Below, piece after piece: positions 30,523 through 40,858 of a stretch of DNA of 64,000 nucleotides. How positions within the stretch are numbered: the first letter of the stretch is position 1; every line of letters starts with the position of its first letter. The stretch lies in assembly GCA_965221695.1 (NCBI GenBank), contig OZ244905.1, positions 2,400,001-2,464,000 of the forward strand. The letters are read 5' to 3'. A program made the translations under genes and the position numbers. Below the pieces are notes generated by a model. That model was not told where the DNA came from, did no database searches, and saw only the letters and a program-made list of their open reading frames with translations. Source of the stretch: Gammaproteobacteria bacterium (GTDB lineage: Bacteria > Pseudomonadota > Gammaproteobacteria > Eutrophobiales > Eutrophobiaceae).

Positions 30523-31893
30523 TCAGGCGGCGGCAGCCGTCGAGGGCAGGCCCGACAGCGCCATCGCGAGCTCTTCCTCGGAATATTCCTGGTCGTACAG
30601 TTTGCCGGCAAAATAATCCATATAGGCCTGCATGTCGAAATTTCCATGGCCGCAGAGGTTGAACAGGATTGCCTTGCTGTTGCCTTCTTCCTTGCATTTT
30701 ATTGCTTCCTCTATCGCCGCGACAACCGCGTGGTTGGCTTCCGGCGCCGGGATTATCCCTTCTGCTCTGGCGAATTGTATGCCTGCCTCAAAACATGCAG
30801 ACTGCGGGTATGAACGCGGGTGCACCAGGCCCAGTTCAGCCGTCTGGCTGACCAGTGGTCCCATACCGTGATAACGCAAACCGCCGGCATGGAATCCGGG
30901 GGGAACGAATTTCGACCCCAGGGTATGCATTTTGACCAGCGGCGTCAGGTGGCCGGTGTCGCCAAAATCATACGCATACCTGCCTTTGGTCAGCGTCGGG
31001 CAGTTGGCCGGTTCCACCGCGATGATATGTACGTCCTTACCGCCGCGCAGTTTCTCTCCGAGGAACGGAAACGCGATGCCGGCGAAGTTACTGCCCCCAC
31101 CGGTGCAGCCGACGATGATATCGGGATAGTCATCAGCCATCTCCAGTTGTTTCATGGTTTCCTGGCCGATCACGGTCTGGTGCAACAGCACATGGTTCAG
31201 CACACTGCCCAGCGCGTAGCGAGTGTCGTCCCGCTGTATCGCCCGTTCCACCGCTTCGCTGATGGCAATGCCCAGACTGCCGGTGCTGTCCGGATTTTCA
31301 GCGAGCACCGCCCGGCCCGCTTCAGTGGTGTCGCTGGGACTGGCGATGCAGGTGGCGCCGAAGCTTTCCATGAAGGCGCGGCGATAGGGTTTCTGGTTGA
31401 AACTCACCTTCACCATGTAGACTTCGATTTCCAGTCCGAAAAATGAGCCGGCCAGCGACAGCGCCGAACCCCACTGGCCGGCGCCCGTTTCGGTGGTGAT
31501 GCGCTTCACGCCTTCCTGCTTTGAATAAAACGCCTGGGGCACGGCAGTATTGGGTTTGTGCGACCCGGCCGGGCTTACCCCCTCGTACTTGTAATAGATG
31601 CGCGCCGGCGTATCCAGCGCCTGTTCAAGTCTACGCGCCCGGTACAGGGGTGATGGCCGCCATTGTTTGAGTATGTCTCTTACCGGTTCCGGTATATCGA
31701 TGTAGCGCTCGCTGCTGACTTCCTGTTCGATCACCGCCATAGGAAACAACGGCGCAAGGTCGTCCGGCGTGATCGGCTGGCCGGTCCCGGGATGCAGTAC
31801 CGGTGGCGGTGGTTCGGGCAGATCCGCGGCAATATTGTACCAGGATGTAGGTATATCAGTTTCTTGTAAGAGGTATTTGATTGAGTCGGTCAT
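30523..31893 (-). CDS. trpB2: TrpB-like PLP enzyme (tryptophan synthase beta, TrpB2 type)
   Basis: [58 protein letters not shown]. Confidence 0.95.
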   Translation of the reverse strand: MTDSIKYLLQETDIPTSWYNIAADLPEPPPPVLHPGTGQPITPDDLAPLFPMAVIEQEVSSERYIDIPEPVRDILKQWRPSPLYRARRLEQALDTPARIYYKYEGVSPAGSHKPNTAVPQAFYSKQEGVKRITTETGAGQWGSALSLAGSFFGLEIEVYMVKVSFNQKPYRRAFMESFGATCIASPSDTTEAGRAVLAENPDSTGSLGIAISEAVERAIQRDDTRYALGSVLNHVLLHQTVIGQETMKQLEMADDYPDIIVGCTGGGSNFAGIAFPFLGEKLRGGKDVHIIAVEPANCPTLTKGRYAYDFGDTGHLTPLVKMHTLGSKFVPPGFHAGGLRYHGMGPLVSQTAELGLVHPRSYPQSACFEAGIQFARAEGIIPAPEANHAVVAAIEEAIKCKEEGNSKAILFNLCGHGNFDMQAYMDYFAGKLYDQEYSEEELAMALSGLPSTAAAA

Positions 31894-31960
31894 GTCCTGT
31901 ATTTCCTTTTGTTGGCGTTATTGATAACGGCAGTTTGTCACAGATACAAAAGAAGGCAAG

Positions 31961-32668
31961 TCATAATGACTGTTCGGAAACATTTTCCGTGCCGTCTTGT
32001 CTGCGCTTGCCTTTTGTGTTCTTGATCATATCCAGGAAATTCCTGATGGTGATGCGTTTAATCTCTTCGATCTGGCCCGCCCAGCCTTTGTCCTTGCCCA
32101 CAAATACGGTCAGTCCTTCCATCGCCGCGCACATATACAAGGCCATGCGTTCCGTCTCCTTCCTGGTCAGCGTCGGGTTGATCTGCGGGATGAGCTCGTT
32201 CAGCGGCAGCCTTGCCTTGGCGTACAGTTCATCCACCAGTTCGGCCACGCGGGGTTCATGATTTCCAAGCGCCCACAGTTCTGGAAAGAAAATGGTGGTT
32301 TCCCGGGTGCTCAGGTCATCAATCCAGAATTTCAGCACTGCCAGCAGTTGTTTTTCGGGAGAGCGCCCGGCAACCTGCCGGCGGCTCTCGAATTCCACCA
32401 GGTAATCATTGATTACGTATTCCACCAGATCATGCAACAGATCTTCCTTGGTACGGTAGTAATAGTTGAGGTTACCAATGCTGATGCCGGTGCGCGCGGC
32501 AACCCTGCGCATTGTAAAGCCGGTATACCCAGCTTCCATGAAAACCTGTCTGGCCGCATCCAGGATGCTGATCAGGCGGGTAATGCCTTTCTCCTGGGTA
32601 GCCGTGCCGGACCGGTTCAGGGGTTTGCGTTCTCGTATCAGCATCGGTTTTTGTTCCGCATTTTGCAA
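31961..32668 (-). CDS. TetR/AcrR-family regulator
   Basis: ILDAARQVF..GY.GFTMRRVA..GIS.GNLNYYYRTKEDL. Confidence 0.92.
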   Translation of the reverse strand: MQNAEQKPMLIRERKPLNRSGTATQEKGITRLISILDAARQVFMEAGYTGFTMRRVAARTGISIGNLNYYYRTKEDLLHDLVEYVINDYLVEFESRRQVAGRSPEKQLLAVLKFWIDDLSTRETTIFFPELWALGNHEPRVAELVDELYAKARLPLNELIPQINPTLTRKETERMALYMCAAMEGLTVFVGKDKGWAGQIEEIKRITIRNFLDMIKNTKGKRRQDGTENVSEQSL

Positions 32669-32708
32669 TTATTCTAAAGCGGCAAGGGTTTTTTCACAAT
32701 ATTTTGTA

Positions 32709-32745
32709 TAGGACTATTGACCTATTAAGACATCTGTCCTAAAAT
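32709..32745 (+). promoter_or_regulatory. Sigma70 promoter of the TonB-receptor operon overlapped by two TAGGAC-N4-GTCCTA-like boxes
   Basis: TTGACC (32717)-17 nt-TAAAAT (32740); boxes TAGGACtattGACCTA (32709-32724) and TAAGACatctGTCCTA (32726-32741). Confidence 0.65.
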
Positions 32746-32808
32746 AGCCTGTGTAAGAATGTTCGGGTACAAAATCGTTTCTTCAACAGCTATCCGAGGG
32801 GGTATAAA

Positions 32809-35199
32809 ATGATAAAACGAAGCATGCTCATTCTGGTGACGCTCGCCATTGCCGGGCCGGTCAACGCCCAGGTGCTGGAAGAGATCATCGTCACCGCGCA
32901 AAAGCGTGAACAGAATATCCAGGATGTCGGCATCGCCATCACCGCGTTTTCCGGTGACCAGATGCGCCAACTGGGTTATACCAATGCCCAGCAGATCACT
33001 GCGCTGGCGCCCGGCGTGCATACCGTGCAGCCGAACGGCGAAGCGAACTACGCGCTTGCTATTCGCGGGGCGGCCAACAGTGACTTCGTCGCCAACCAGG
33101 AAAGCCCCGTATCACTCTATGTGGATGAGGTGTATATCTCGCAGATGTCCGGCGCCGGGTTCATGCTGTTCGACATGGAGCGGGTGGAGATCCTGCGCGG
33201 GCCGCAGGGCACTTTGTACGGCCGTAACGCTACCGGTGGCCTGGCTCACTTCGTCACCAACAAGCCGGAACAGGAGTTCGGTGGCTACGGACAGGTTACC
33301 GTGGGCGAATATGACCAGGTGAAATTCCAGGGCGCAGTCACCGGCGCGCTGACAGAGGGGCTGTCCGCCCGGCTGTCCGTGTCCACCCACCACAATAGCG
33401 GTTACGTGGAAAACCGCCTGGACCCGGGCGATGACCTGAACAATGCCAATGACTATGCCGGCAGGATGCAACTCCTGTTTGAGCCGAACGAAGATTTTTC
33501 CCTGCTGTTGAACGCCCGCTATTCGCTGCAGGAGATCCGCACCGGTTTCTTTGAGAATGTCAGCGGCTCGTTGGATGCAGCGGGCAACGGCGTTAAGGAA
33601 GACAATTGTGCGCTGTACACAAACTTCAACGGCTATTGCGATGACGACGGCGACAACTTCGCCGGCGACTACGACAAGCTTGGCCACAATGACCTGGAAA
33701 CCTACGGGTTTACCGGTACCCTGAAATGGCAACTGGGCGACAACCTGCTAACCGTGATTATGGATCGCCAGGGAGTGGAACGCGACTATATTGAAGATTC
33801 AGACGCCAGCCCCCATGCCGATTTCAACTTTTTTCTCAATACGGACGCTGAGCAGTGGTCCACCGAGATCCGCCTGGACGGTGAAACCGACTCGCTGCGC
33901 TGGGTAGCCGGATTTTATTACCTGGATATCGATATTGCCGACGCCAACGGCGCGGAGATACCTGGGCTGGGTACGGACAGCGCCGGCACGGGCGGCAATC
34001 CTATCGGTGTCGGGACTTTTGAGAGTTTCGGCTTCGATCCCGTCAGCGCCTTTCTGGCGGCAGGACTTTTTGGTCTGTCCGGCCCGGCGCTGGGGCTGCC
34101 CGACCCGGCTGATGCGTATGTCGGTGTTGACAATCCGTACCGGCAACAAAAGGATTCCTGGTCGCTGTTCGGCCAATTGGAGTATGAACTCAACGACCAG
34201 TTTACGATCATTGGCGGTTTTCGCTGGATTGACGAGAATGTCGATTTCCATTACCAGAGTAACGTAGTCTGGTTCCCCAATGACGGCAGCGTGGAACGCA
34301 ATGGCAACCCGAATATTGCCGTTCCAACCGGAGGGTTTATTGAAATTCTGGGCTATCCGCCCTTGGATAGACTGGATTACACCGGCGCCTACGATGAAGG
34401 TTTGTGGTCGGCCAAGGTGGAACTGGACTGGCGGCCGAATGATAACCTGCTGGCTTACGCGAGCTGGAACAGGGGCGTGAAAGGTGGTGGTTTCAATGCG
34501 CCGTTGAATCCCTTGCTGGTATTGGCGCAACCGGAAGGTGTCTTATCCTCTCAGGATGAATTTGACGCGCAATTCTCTTTCGGTGAAGAAGAGTTGAATG
34601 CCTTCGAGATAGGCTTCAAGTCAACCCTGATGGATGGCCTGGCGCGGCTCAACGCTTCCGCCTATTACAATGATTACAAGGATTTTCAGGCATTCACTAT
34701 CGTCAGCCTGGCGACCAACGTGGTCAGCGCGCCGGACGCAGAGAGTATCGGTTTTGAAACCGAATTGTTCCTCACCCCGACCCAGGGCCTGGATGTTGCT
34801 TTCGGTCTTTCCTATAACGACATGGATGTGACCCTGGCCGACGGCAGCAAAACCACATCCATCCAATCGCCGAAATGGAATGTGAACGGGCTGGTTCGTT
34901 ATGAGTGGTCCGCATTCAACGGTTCGATGGCCATACAGGGAGACATCCACTATCGCTCGAAGCACCACCATTCCGTAACGCGGGCGGATGCGGTGACCGA
35001 AAACGGTTATCATGTCGCCAATGCCCGTCTTTCCTGGTCAAGCGCGGATGATAAATGGGAAGTCGCCGTATTTGCCGAGAACATCACTGATGAGAATTAC
35101 GTGGTGCAGTCTTTCGACATCGCCGCAGTGCTTGGCTGGATCGAGGAATACTACGGTCGCCCGCGCTGGGTGGGAGGCAGTATCGCGTATAATTTCTAG
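32809..35199 (+). CDS. TonB-dependent receptor
   Basis: LEEIIVTAQKREQ TonB box, ERVEILRGPQGTLYGRN, C-terminal YNF. Confidence 0.95.
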   Translation: MIKRSMLILVTLAIAGPVNAQVLEEIIVTAQKREQNIQDVGIAITAFSGDQMRQLGYTNAQQITALAPGVHTVQPNGEANYALAIRGAANSDFVANQESPVSLYVDEVYISQMSGAGFMLFDMERVEILRGPQGTLYGRNATGGLAHFVTNKPEQEFGGYGQVTVGEYDQVKFQGAVTGALTEGLSARLSVSTHHNSGYVENRLDPGDDLNNANDYAGRMQLLFEPNEDFSLLLNARYSLQEIRTGFFENVSGSLDAAGNGVKEDNCALYTNFNGYCDDDGDNFAGDYDKLGHNDLETYGFTGTLKWQLGDNLLTVIMDRQGVERDYIEDSDASPHADFNFFLNTDAEQWSTEIRLDGETDSLRWVAGFYYLDIDIADANGAEIPGLGTDSAGTGGNPIGVGTFESFGFDPVSAFLAAGLFGLSGPALGLPDPADAYVGVDNPYRQQKDSWSLFGQLEYELNDQFTIIGGFRWIDENVDFHYQSNVVWFPNDGSVERNGNPNIAVPTGGFIEILGYPPLDRLDYTGAYDEGLWSAKVELDWRPNDNLLAYASWNRGVKGGGFNAPLNPLLVLAQPEGVLSSQDEFDAQFSFGEEELNAFEIGFKSTLMDGLARLNASAYYNDYKDFQAFTIVSLATNVVSAPDAESIGFETELFLTPTQGLDVAFGLSYNDMDVTLADGSKTTSIQSPKWNVNGLVRYEWSAFNGSMAIQGDIHYRSKHHHSVTRADAVTENGYHVANARLSWSSADDKWEVAVFAENITDENYVVQSFDIAAVLGWIEEYYGRPRWVGGSIAYNF

Positions 35200-35237
35200 G
35201 ATAAACTGATTTTCCTGGAAAACATGGGGAGGCAGCA

Positions 35238-36386
35238 ATGAAACGCGCAATATTCGGCTTGATGTTCGGGTTCATGTATGTGGCGGCGCAGGCGGAATTG
35301 CCGGTGGATACGATTCCGAAAGTGGAGACTTTGCCGGCAAGTTATCCGGACACCTGGGTGTACGCCCACGACACCAACTTTTTCTCGTTGAGTGACGCTA
35401 AAGTGGTCCTGGTCGATGTCGCAGCAGAGAACCGCCATTACAAGGGATCCATCCCCTCATCCCATTTTCCGTCGTTTCTCGCCGCAACCACGAGACCGGA
35501 AGTGTATGTTGCCGAGTCCGTGTACTCCCGGCGCCTGCGCGGAGAGAAGACAGACCTGATCACCATCTACGACAAGGTCAACCTGGCGCCGATTGCCGAG
35601 GTGGTTCTGCCCGGAGCCAAGCGCGGCATGATCGTCACCCACAAGAACACGCTGCAGTTCCTGGACAATGAAAAACTGCTGCTGGTGTACAATTTCACGC
35701 CTGCCACTTCCGTGAGCGTCGTGGATATCGAGCAACGCGCCTTTCTCGGAGAGGTTTTCATCGGCGGTTGTACGATGATCTATCCGTCGAAACAGCGCAG
35801 CTTCGGCAGCCTGTGCGGCGATAACAGCATGATGGTCACCCACCTGGACAATAAGGGAGAGATCTCGAAACAGGCGCGCACGCCTGCCTTTTTCGATGCC
35901 GACACTGACCCTATTTTCGCCAAACCAGCGGTCATAGACGGGGTGTATTATTTTCCCTCGTTCAAGGGCATGGTGCATCCGGTCGATATGAACGCAGCCG
36001 ACCCCGAAATGCAGGACGCCTGGTCTTTGCTTAAGGAACCGGACCGGCAGGCAAACTGGCGCCCCGGCGGCTGGCAGATTGCCACTGCCCATGAGGATAG
36101 CGGCCGTCTGTTTATGCTCATGCACCCTGATGGTGAAAACGGCTCCCATAAAGGCGGCGGCAGCGAGGTCTGGGTGTACGACGTGGATGCGAAACAGCGC
36201 GTTGCCCGCATCAGTCTGAAAGAATGGGGTGTTTCCATTGAAGTGACCCAGGGTGAGCAGCCTTACCTGGCTGTGACCAACGGCAATATGGACCTGGACG
36301 TTTATGCTGCGGACACGGGCGAATGGTTGCGTTTCATCGGCGGCCGGGCATTTGAGACGCCATTTATTCTGCATGCGTCTAAATAA
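35238..36386 (+). CDS. TTQ amine dehydrogenase heavy (beta-propeller) subunit, MauB/AauB-like
   Basis: Signal peptide; YSR..RGEKTD.ITIYD...L.PIAEV, YNFTPATSVSVVD, WRPGGWQ, SHK.GG.EVWVYD. Confidence 0.88.
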   Translation: MKRAIFGLMFGFMYVAAQAELPVDTIPKVETLPASYPDTWVYAHDTNFFSLSDAKVVLVDVAAENRHYKGSIPSSHFPSFLAATTRPEVYVAESVYSRRLRGEKTDLITIYDKVNLAPIAEVVLPGAKRGMIVTHKNTLQFLDNEKLLLVYNFTPATSVSVVDIEQRAFLGEVFIGGCTMIYPSKQRSFGSLCGDNSMMVTHLDNKGEISKQARTPAFFDADTDPIFAKPAVIDGVYYFPSFKGMVHPVDMNAADPEMQDAWSLLKEPDRQANWRPGGWQIATAHEDSGRLFMLMHPDGENGSHKGGGSEVWVYDVDAKQRVARISLKEWGVSIEVTQGEQPYLAVTNGNMDLDVYAADTGEWLRFIGGRAFETPFILHASK

Positions 36387-36495
36387 CGATTCGGTTATTG
36401 GAGATACCAGCCCGCATTTCTCACCAGGTCGCTTGTTGCTAACGGAAACATAATCGCTTTGAAATTGCGGGCCAAGAGCATAGAGAGATACAGTC

Positions 36496-37056
36496 ATGTA
36501 CTGGTTGGATAAGTTAACTGAAAAATTTTCCCGAAAGGTCGCTAACAGCACCTCTAGACGGCACCTGTTAAAACGCATAGGACTGACCCTGGCCGGCAGC
36601 GCGGCCGTACCGCTGTTGCCCGTTGCCCGGGCCGCGGACACCGGCGGCGGCAGCGGCTATCACGGCGTCGCGCCGCAAACTAGCAGCAACCCGGACGCCG
36701 ACCCGGGCGATCCGGCATCCTGCGACTACTGGCGCTATTGCGCCATCGACGGCTTCCTCTGCAGTTGCTGCGGCGGCACCCACAATTCCTGCCCCCCCGG
36801 CACCAGCATGAACCCGATGACCTGGATCGGCACCTGCAGGAACCCGGCCGACAACCTGAACTACATCATTTCCTACAACGACTGCTGCGGCAAGACCTCC
36901 TGCAGCCGTTGCCTCTGCAATAACAACGTGAACGACACGCCTCCCTACCGCGCCTTTTCCAACAACGACATCAACTGGTGCCTTGGCATGGAGAACAGCA
37001 CCATTTATCACTGCTCCACGGCCATTATCCTGGGTGTGGCGACGGGGGAAAACTGA
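36496..37056 (+). CDS. TTQ amine dehydrogenase light subunit, MauA/AauA-like
   Basis: Tat signal SRRHLL; CDYWRYCAIDGFLCSCCGG and NNDINWC contain both TTQ tryptophans; 14 Cys. Confidence 0.93.
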   Translation: MYWLDKLTEKFSRKVANSTSRRHLLKRIGLTLAGSAAVPLLPVARAADTGGGSGYHGVAPQTSSNPDADPGDPASCDYWRYCAIDGFLCSCCGGTHNSCPPGTSMNPMTWIGTCRNPADNLNYIISYNDCCGKTSCSRCLCNNNVNDTPPYRAFSNNDINWCLGMENSTIYHCSTAIILGVATGEN

Positions 37057-37129
37057 CCTGACTGTTAACTTTTCTTAGTCGGGGAATTGAAAATCCGAAT
37101 TTTTCCGTTATCGTAGGGTCAGGGAGAAG

Positions 37130-38305
37130 ATGATGATAAATTCCGATTATCCTGGCTTGAGCTTCAACCTTGGCGATACCGCGCAGATGCTGCGTGAATC
37201 CGTGCATGATTTTGCACAAGCGGAAATTGCGCCGCTGGCTGATGAAATAGACAGGTCCAACGAGTTTCCTGCACAGCTCTGGGGCAAGCTGGGTGATATG
37301 GGTTTGCTGGGTATTACCGTCGAAGAGGAGTATGGCGGCGCGGCGATGGGCTATCTCGAACATGTGCTTGCCATGGAAGAAATCAGCCGGGCTTCCGCTT
37401 CAGTGGGCTTGTCTTACGGCGCGCATTCCAACCTGTGCGTTAACCAGATACGCCGTAACGGCAATGCGCGGCAAAAAAGCAAATACCTGCCCGGACTGAT
37501 CAGCGGCGAGCGCCCCGGTGCGTTGGCCATGTCGGAGACCGGCGCCGGGTCGGATGTCGTGGGTATGCGCCTGCGCGCGGACAAACAGGGCGACCGGTAC
37601 CTGCTCAACGGCAGCAAGATGTGGATCACCAACGGGCCGGATGCGCGGGTGCTGGTGGTTTACGCCAAGACAGACCCAGACGCAGGTCCGCGCGGCATCA
37701 CCGCGTTTATCATAGAAAACGATTTCCCGGGTTTCTCCACCGCGCAGAAGCTGGACAAGCTGGGCATGCGCGGCTCCAACACTTGCGAGCTGGTTTTTGA
37801 AGACTGTGAAGTGCCTGAAGAAAATGTCCTGGGCAAGGTCAACGAAGGAGCCAGGGTGTTGATGAGTGGCCTGGATTACGAGCGCGCCGTGCTCGCGGGA
37901 GGGCCACTGGGCATCATGCAATCCTGCCTGGATGTGGTTATCCCCTATATTCACGAGCGCAAACAATTTGGCCGGTCCATCGGAGAGTTTCAACTCATGC
38001 AGGGGAAAATCGCCGACATGTACACCACCATGAATGCGTGCCGGGCCTATGTCTACGCGGTTGCCTCTGCCTGTGACCGCGGGGAGACGACCCGCAAGGA
38101 TGCCGCCGGCGCTATCCTGTATGCGGCGGAGAAGGCCACCTGGATGGCCCTGGAAGGTATTCAGGCCCTGGGTGGCAACGGTTACATCAATGAATTTCCC
38201 ACCGGCCGCCTGCTGCGCGATGCCAAGCTGTACGAGATCGGCGCCGGCACCAGTGAGATCCGGCGTATGCTGATCGGGCGCGAGCTGTTCGAGGAATCCG
38301 CTTGA
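37130..38305 (+). CDS. liuA: Isovaleryl-CoA dehydrogenase
   Basis: [44 protein letters not shown]. Confidence 0.95.
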   Translation: MMINSDYPGLSFNLGDTAQMLRESVHDFAQAEIAPLADEIDRSNEFPAQLWGKLGDMGLLGITVEEEYGGAAMGYLEHVLAMEEISRASASVGLSYGAHSNLCVNQIRRNGNARQKSKYLPGLISGERPGALAMSETGAGSDVVGMRLRADKQGDRYLLNGSKMWITNGPDARVLVVYAKTDPDAGPRGITAFIIENDFPGFSTAQKLDKLGMRGSNTCELVFEDCEVPEENVLGKVNEGARVLMSGLDYERAVLAGGPLGIMQSCLDVVIPYIHERKQFGRSIGEFQLMQGKIADMYTTMNACRAYVYAVASACDRGETTRKDAAGAILYAAEKATWMALEGIQALGGNGYINEFPTGRLLRDAKLYEIGAGTSEIRRMLIGRELFEESA

Positions 38306-38410
38306 TCGGAAGCTTGCAGAGAACACAGAAAAAACAGGAAGAATATATTGCCGAAGCGCTTGCAATATGTTGTTCAAAGCCTGCTATGTGCGCAGCGGCA
38401 ACAATAATCT

Positions 38411-40009
38411 ATGACCCTGATAAAGACAGCGATTAATCCCCAGTCGGAGGAATTCAAGACCAACTCCGCAGCTATGCGCGCCCTGGTCGATGACCTGAGC
38501 GAGAAGGTTGGTATCGTTGCCCGGGGCGGGGATGAAAAAGCCCGGGAGAAACACCAGTCGCGGGGCAAACTGCTGGCGCGCGATCGTATAACACATCTGT
38601 GCGATCCGGGTTCGCGTTTCCTGGAGTTGTCCCAGCTCGCCGCTTGGGACATGTATGACAATGCCGTGCCGGCGGCGGGGATCATCACCGGCATCGGGCG
38701 CGTGGCCGGGCGCGAGTGCGTGATTGTCGCGAACGATGCTACCGTCAAGGGAGGAACGTATTACCCGATGACGGTGAAGAAACACCTGCGCGCCCAGGAA
38801 ATTGCGGGTATGAACCGCTTGCCATGCATCTACCTGGTGGATTCCGGTGGCGCGTTTTTGCCGAAACAGGATGAAGTATTCCCGGACCGGGATCATTTTG
38901 GCCGCATTTTCTACAATCAAGCAAACCTGTCGGCTAAGGCCATCCCCCAACTTGCTGTGGTCATGGGGTCTTGCACCGCGGGCGGCGCTTATGTGCCGGC
39001 CATGTCCGACGAGAGCATTATCGTCAAAAACCAGGGCACGATATTTCTTGGCGGACCGCCGCTGGTCAAGGCTGCGACGGGGGAAGAAGTGAGCGCGGAG
39101 GACCTGGGCGGCGCCGATGTGCACTCCCGGCGTTCGGGCGTGACCGACCATTATGCGTTGAACGATAAGCATGCCCTGGAACTGGCAAGGCGCTGCGCGA
39201 GCCATTTCAATATGCTCAAACGACATGACCTGCAAACCCGGGAGACGATTGAACCGGCCTATGACATCGAAGAGATCGGCGGCGTGGTACCGGCGGATAC
39301 GCGCAAACCCTTCGAGGTGCGGGAAGTCATTGCCCGCATCGTGGACAGCAGCGAATTTGCCGAATTCAAGCCGTTGTACGGCACAACGCTGGTATGCGGT
39401 TTTGCCCATATTTACGGCTACCCGGTAGGCATCATCGCCAATAACGGCATCCTGTTCTCCGAGTCGGCCCTGAAGGGCGCGCATTTCATCGAGTTATGCA
39501 GTCAGAGACGGATTCCCCTGGTGTTTTTGCAGAACATCACCGGTTTCATGGTAGGGCAAAAGTACGAGGCCGGTGGCATCGCCAAGGACGGCGCCAAGAT
39601 GGTGACCGCAGTGGCCACCACCTCGGTGCCGAAGTTCACCGTCATTATCGGCGGCAGTTTCGGCGCCGGGAATTACGGCATGTGCGGGCGCGCCTACAGC
39701 CCGCGCTTCCTGTGGACCTGGCCCAATGCCCGCATCTCGGTCATGGGCGGCGAACAGGCAGCCAATGTGCTGGCGCAGGTGAAGCTGGACAACCTGAAAA
39801 GCGACTGGCCCGACGCGGAACAGGAATCCTTCAAGGCGACAATACGGCAGCAATACGAAACCCAGGGGCATCCGTATTACGCCAGCGCCCGGCTCTGGGA
39901 TGACGGCATCATCGCGCCGCAGGACACGCGCCGGGTCCTGGGCCTGGGCATCTCCGCGTCCCTGAACGCACCGCTGGAGGAAACCCGGTTCGGGATATTC
40001 CGCATGTAA
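38411..40009 (+). CDS. liuB: Methylcrotonyl-CoA carboxylase beta (carboxyltransferase)
   Basis: [41 protein letters not shown]. Confidence 0.95.
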   Translation: MTLIKTAINPQSEEFKTNSAAMRALVDDLSEKVGIVARGGDEKAREKHQSRGKLLARDRITHLCDPGSRFLELSQLAAWDMYDNAVPAAGIITGIGRVAGRECVIVANDATVKGGTYYPMTVKKHLRAQEIAGMNRLPCIYLVDSGGAFLPKQDEVFPDRDHFGRIFYNQANLSAKAIPQLAVVMGSCTAGGAYVPAMSDESIIVKNQGTIFLGGPPLVKAATGEEVSAEDLGGADVHSRRSGVTDHYALNDKHALELARRCASHFNMLKRHDLQTRETIEPAYDIEEIGGVVPADTRKPFEVREVIARIVDSSEFAEFKPLYGTTLVCGFAHIYGYPVGIIANNGILFSESALKGAHFIELCSQRRIPLVFLQNITGFMVGQKYEAGGIAKDGAKMVTAVATTSVPKFTVIIGGSFGAGNYGMCGRAYSPRFLWTWPNARISVMGGEQAANVLAQVKLDNLKSDWPDAEQESFKATIRQQYETQGHPYYASARLWDDGIIAPQDTRRVLGLGISASLNAPLEETRFGIFRM

Positions 40010-40026
40010 CCGGGCTGAGTAGTTTT

Positions 40027-40815
40027 ATGACATACACGTATATCACCTGCGATACCGACCCGCGGGGCGTGACCACGATTACCCTGAACCGTCCTGATAA
40101 ACACAATGCCTTCAATGAGGATTTTATTGCGGAGTTGAGCAAAACGCTGGACGAAATCCGCGGCAATCGGGACTGCAGGCTCATGGTGTTACGTTCCAAC
40201 GGCAATAACTTTTCCGCTGGCGCCGACCTGGACTGGATGCGTCGCATGGCCGGTTACACGCGGGACGAAAACGTTCGGGACGCCAATGCCCTGGCAGAGT
40301 TGCTGTACAAGCTTAATTTTCTTCCCGTGCCCACAATCGCCAGGGTACAGGGCGCGGCCATGGGCGGGGGCTGTGGCCTGGTCGCGTGCTGCGATATTGC
40401 GCTGGCCGCGGACGATGCCGTGTTTGCCTTCAGTGAGGTAAAACTTGGCTTGATCCCGGCCACGATCAGTCCGCATGTGTTGCGCGCCATCGGTGAGAAA
40501 CCGGCGCGCCGCTATTTTCAGACAGCAGAACGATTTGGCGCCGAACGCGCCAGGGAACTCGGCCTGGTCTCCGAGGTTATGGAAGAATCCGCACTGGATG
40601 AGGCCGTCGAAAAAACTGCCGGTTTGGTCCTGTCCAACAGTCCCGAAGCGGTGAAGGCGGCGAAGCAATTGGTGTTCGACGTTGCCGGCAAGCCGATAAC
40701 CCCGGAACTCATGCGGCAGACCAGTGAGAGCATCGCCGGCATACGCGCCTCGGAAGAAGGCAAGGAGGGCTTGTCCGCGTTCCTGGAGAAGCGCAAGCCC
40801 GCGTGGTTGAAGTGA
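40027..40815 (+). CDS. liuC: Methylglutaconyl-CoA hydratase (enoyl-CoA hydratase family)
   Basis: FSAGADL.WM, GGGCGL, SEVKLGLIPATISP; position in the operon. Confidence 0.9.
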   Translation: MTYTYITCDTDPRGVTTITLNRPDKHNAFNEDFIAELSKTLDEIRGNRDCRLMVLRSNGNNFSAGADLDWMRRMAGYTRDENVRDANALAELLYKLNFLPVPTIARVQGAAMGGGCGLVACCDIALAADDAVFAFSEVKLGLIPATISPHVLRAIGEKPARRYFQTAERFGAERARELGLVSEVMEESALDEAVEKTAGLVLSNSPEAVKAAKQLVFDVAGKPITPELMRQTSESIAGIRASEEGKEGLSAFLEKRKPAWLK

Positions 40816-40858
40816 TTACAATTTAACATGGATTTACAGGATGCACAGGATTGGAACG

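Noticed and set aside
30521-30647. N-terminal extension of ndh overlapping trpB2 in the ORF track
   Set aside because: Similarity begins near GTG 30521, right after the trpB2 stop.
36496-36590. Abrupt codon-usage change within the light-chain gene suggesting a chimera
   Set aside because: The AT-rich part coincides with the signal peptide and 5' ramp, which commonly differs from the mature region.
35457-36641. 394-aa antisense ORF over the amine dehydrogenase genes
   Set aside because: No recognisable motif; typical shadow ORF from GC-rich codon bias.
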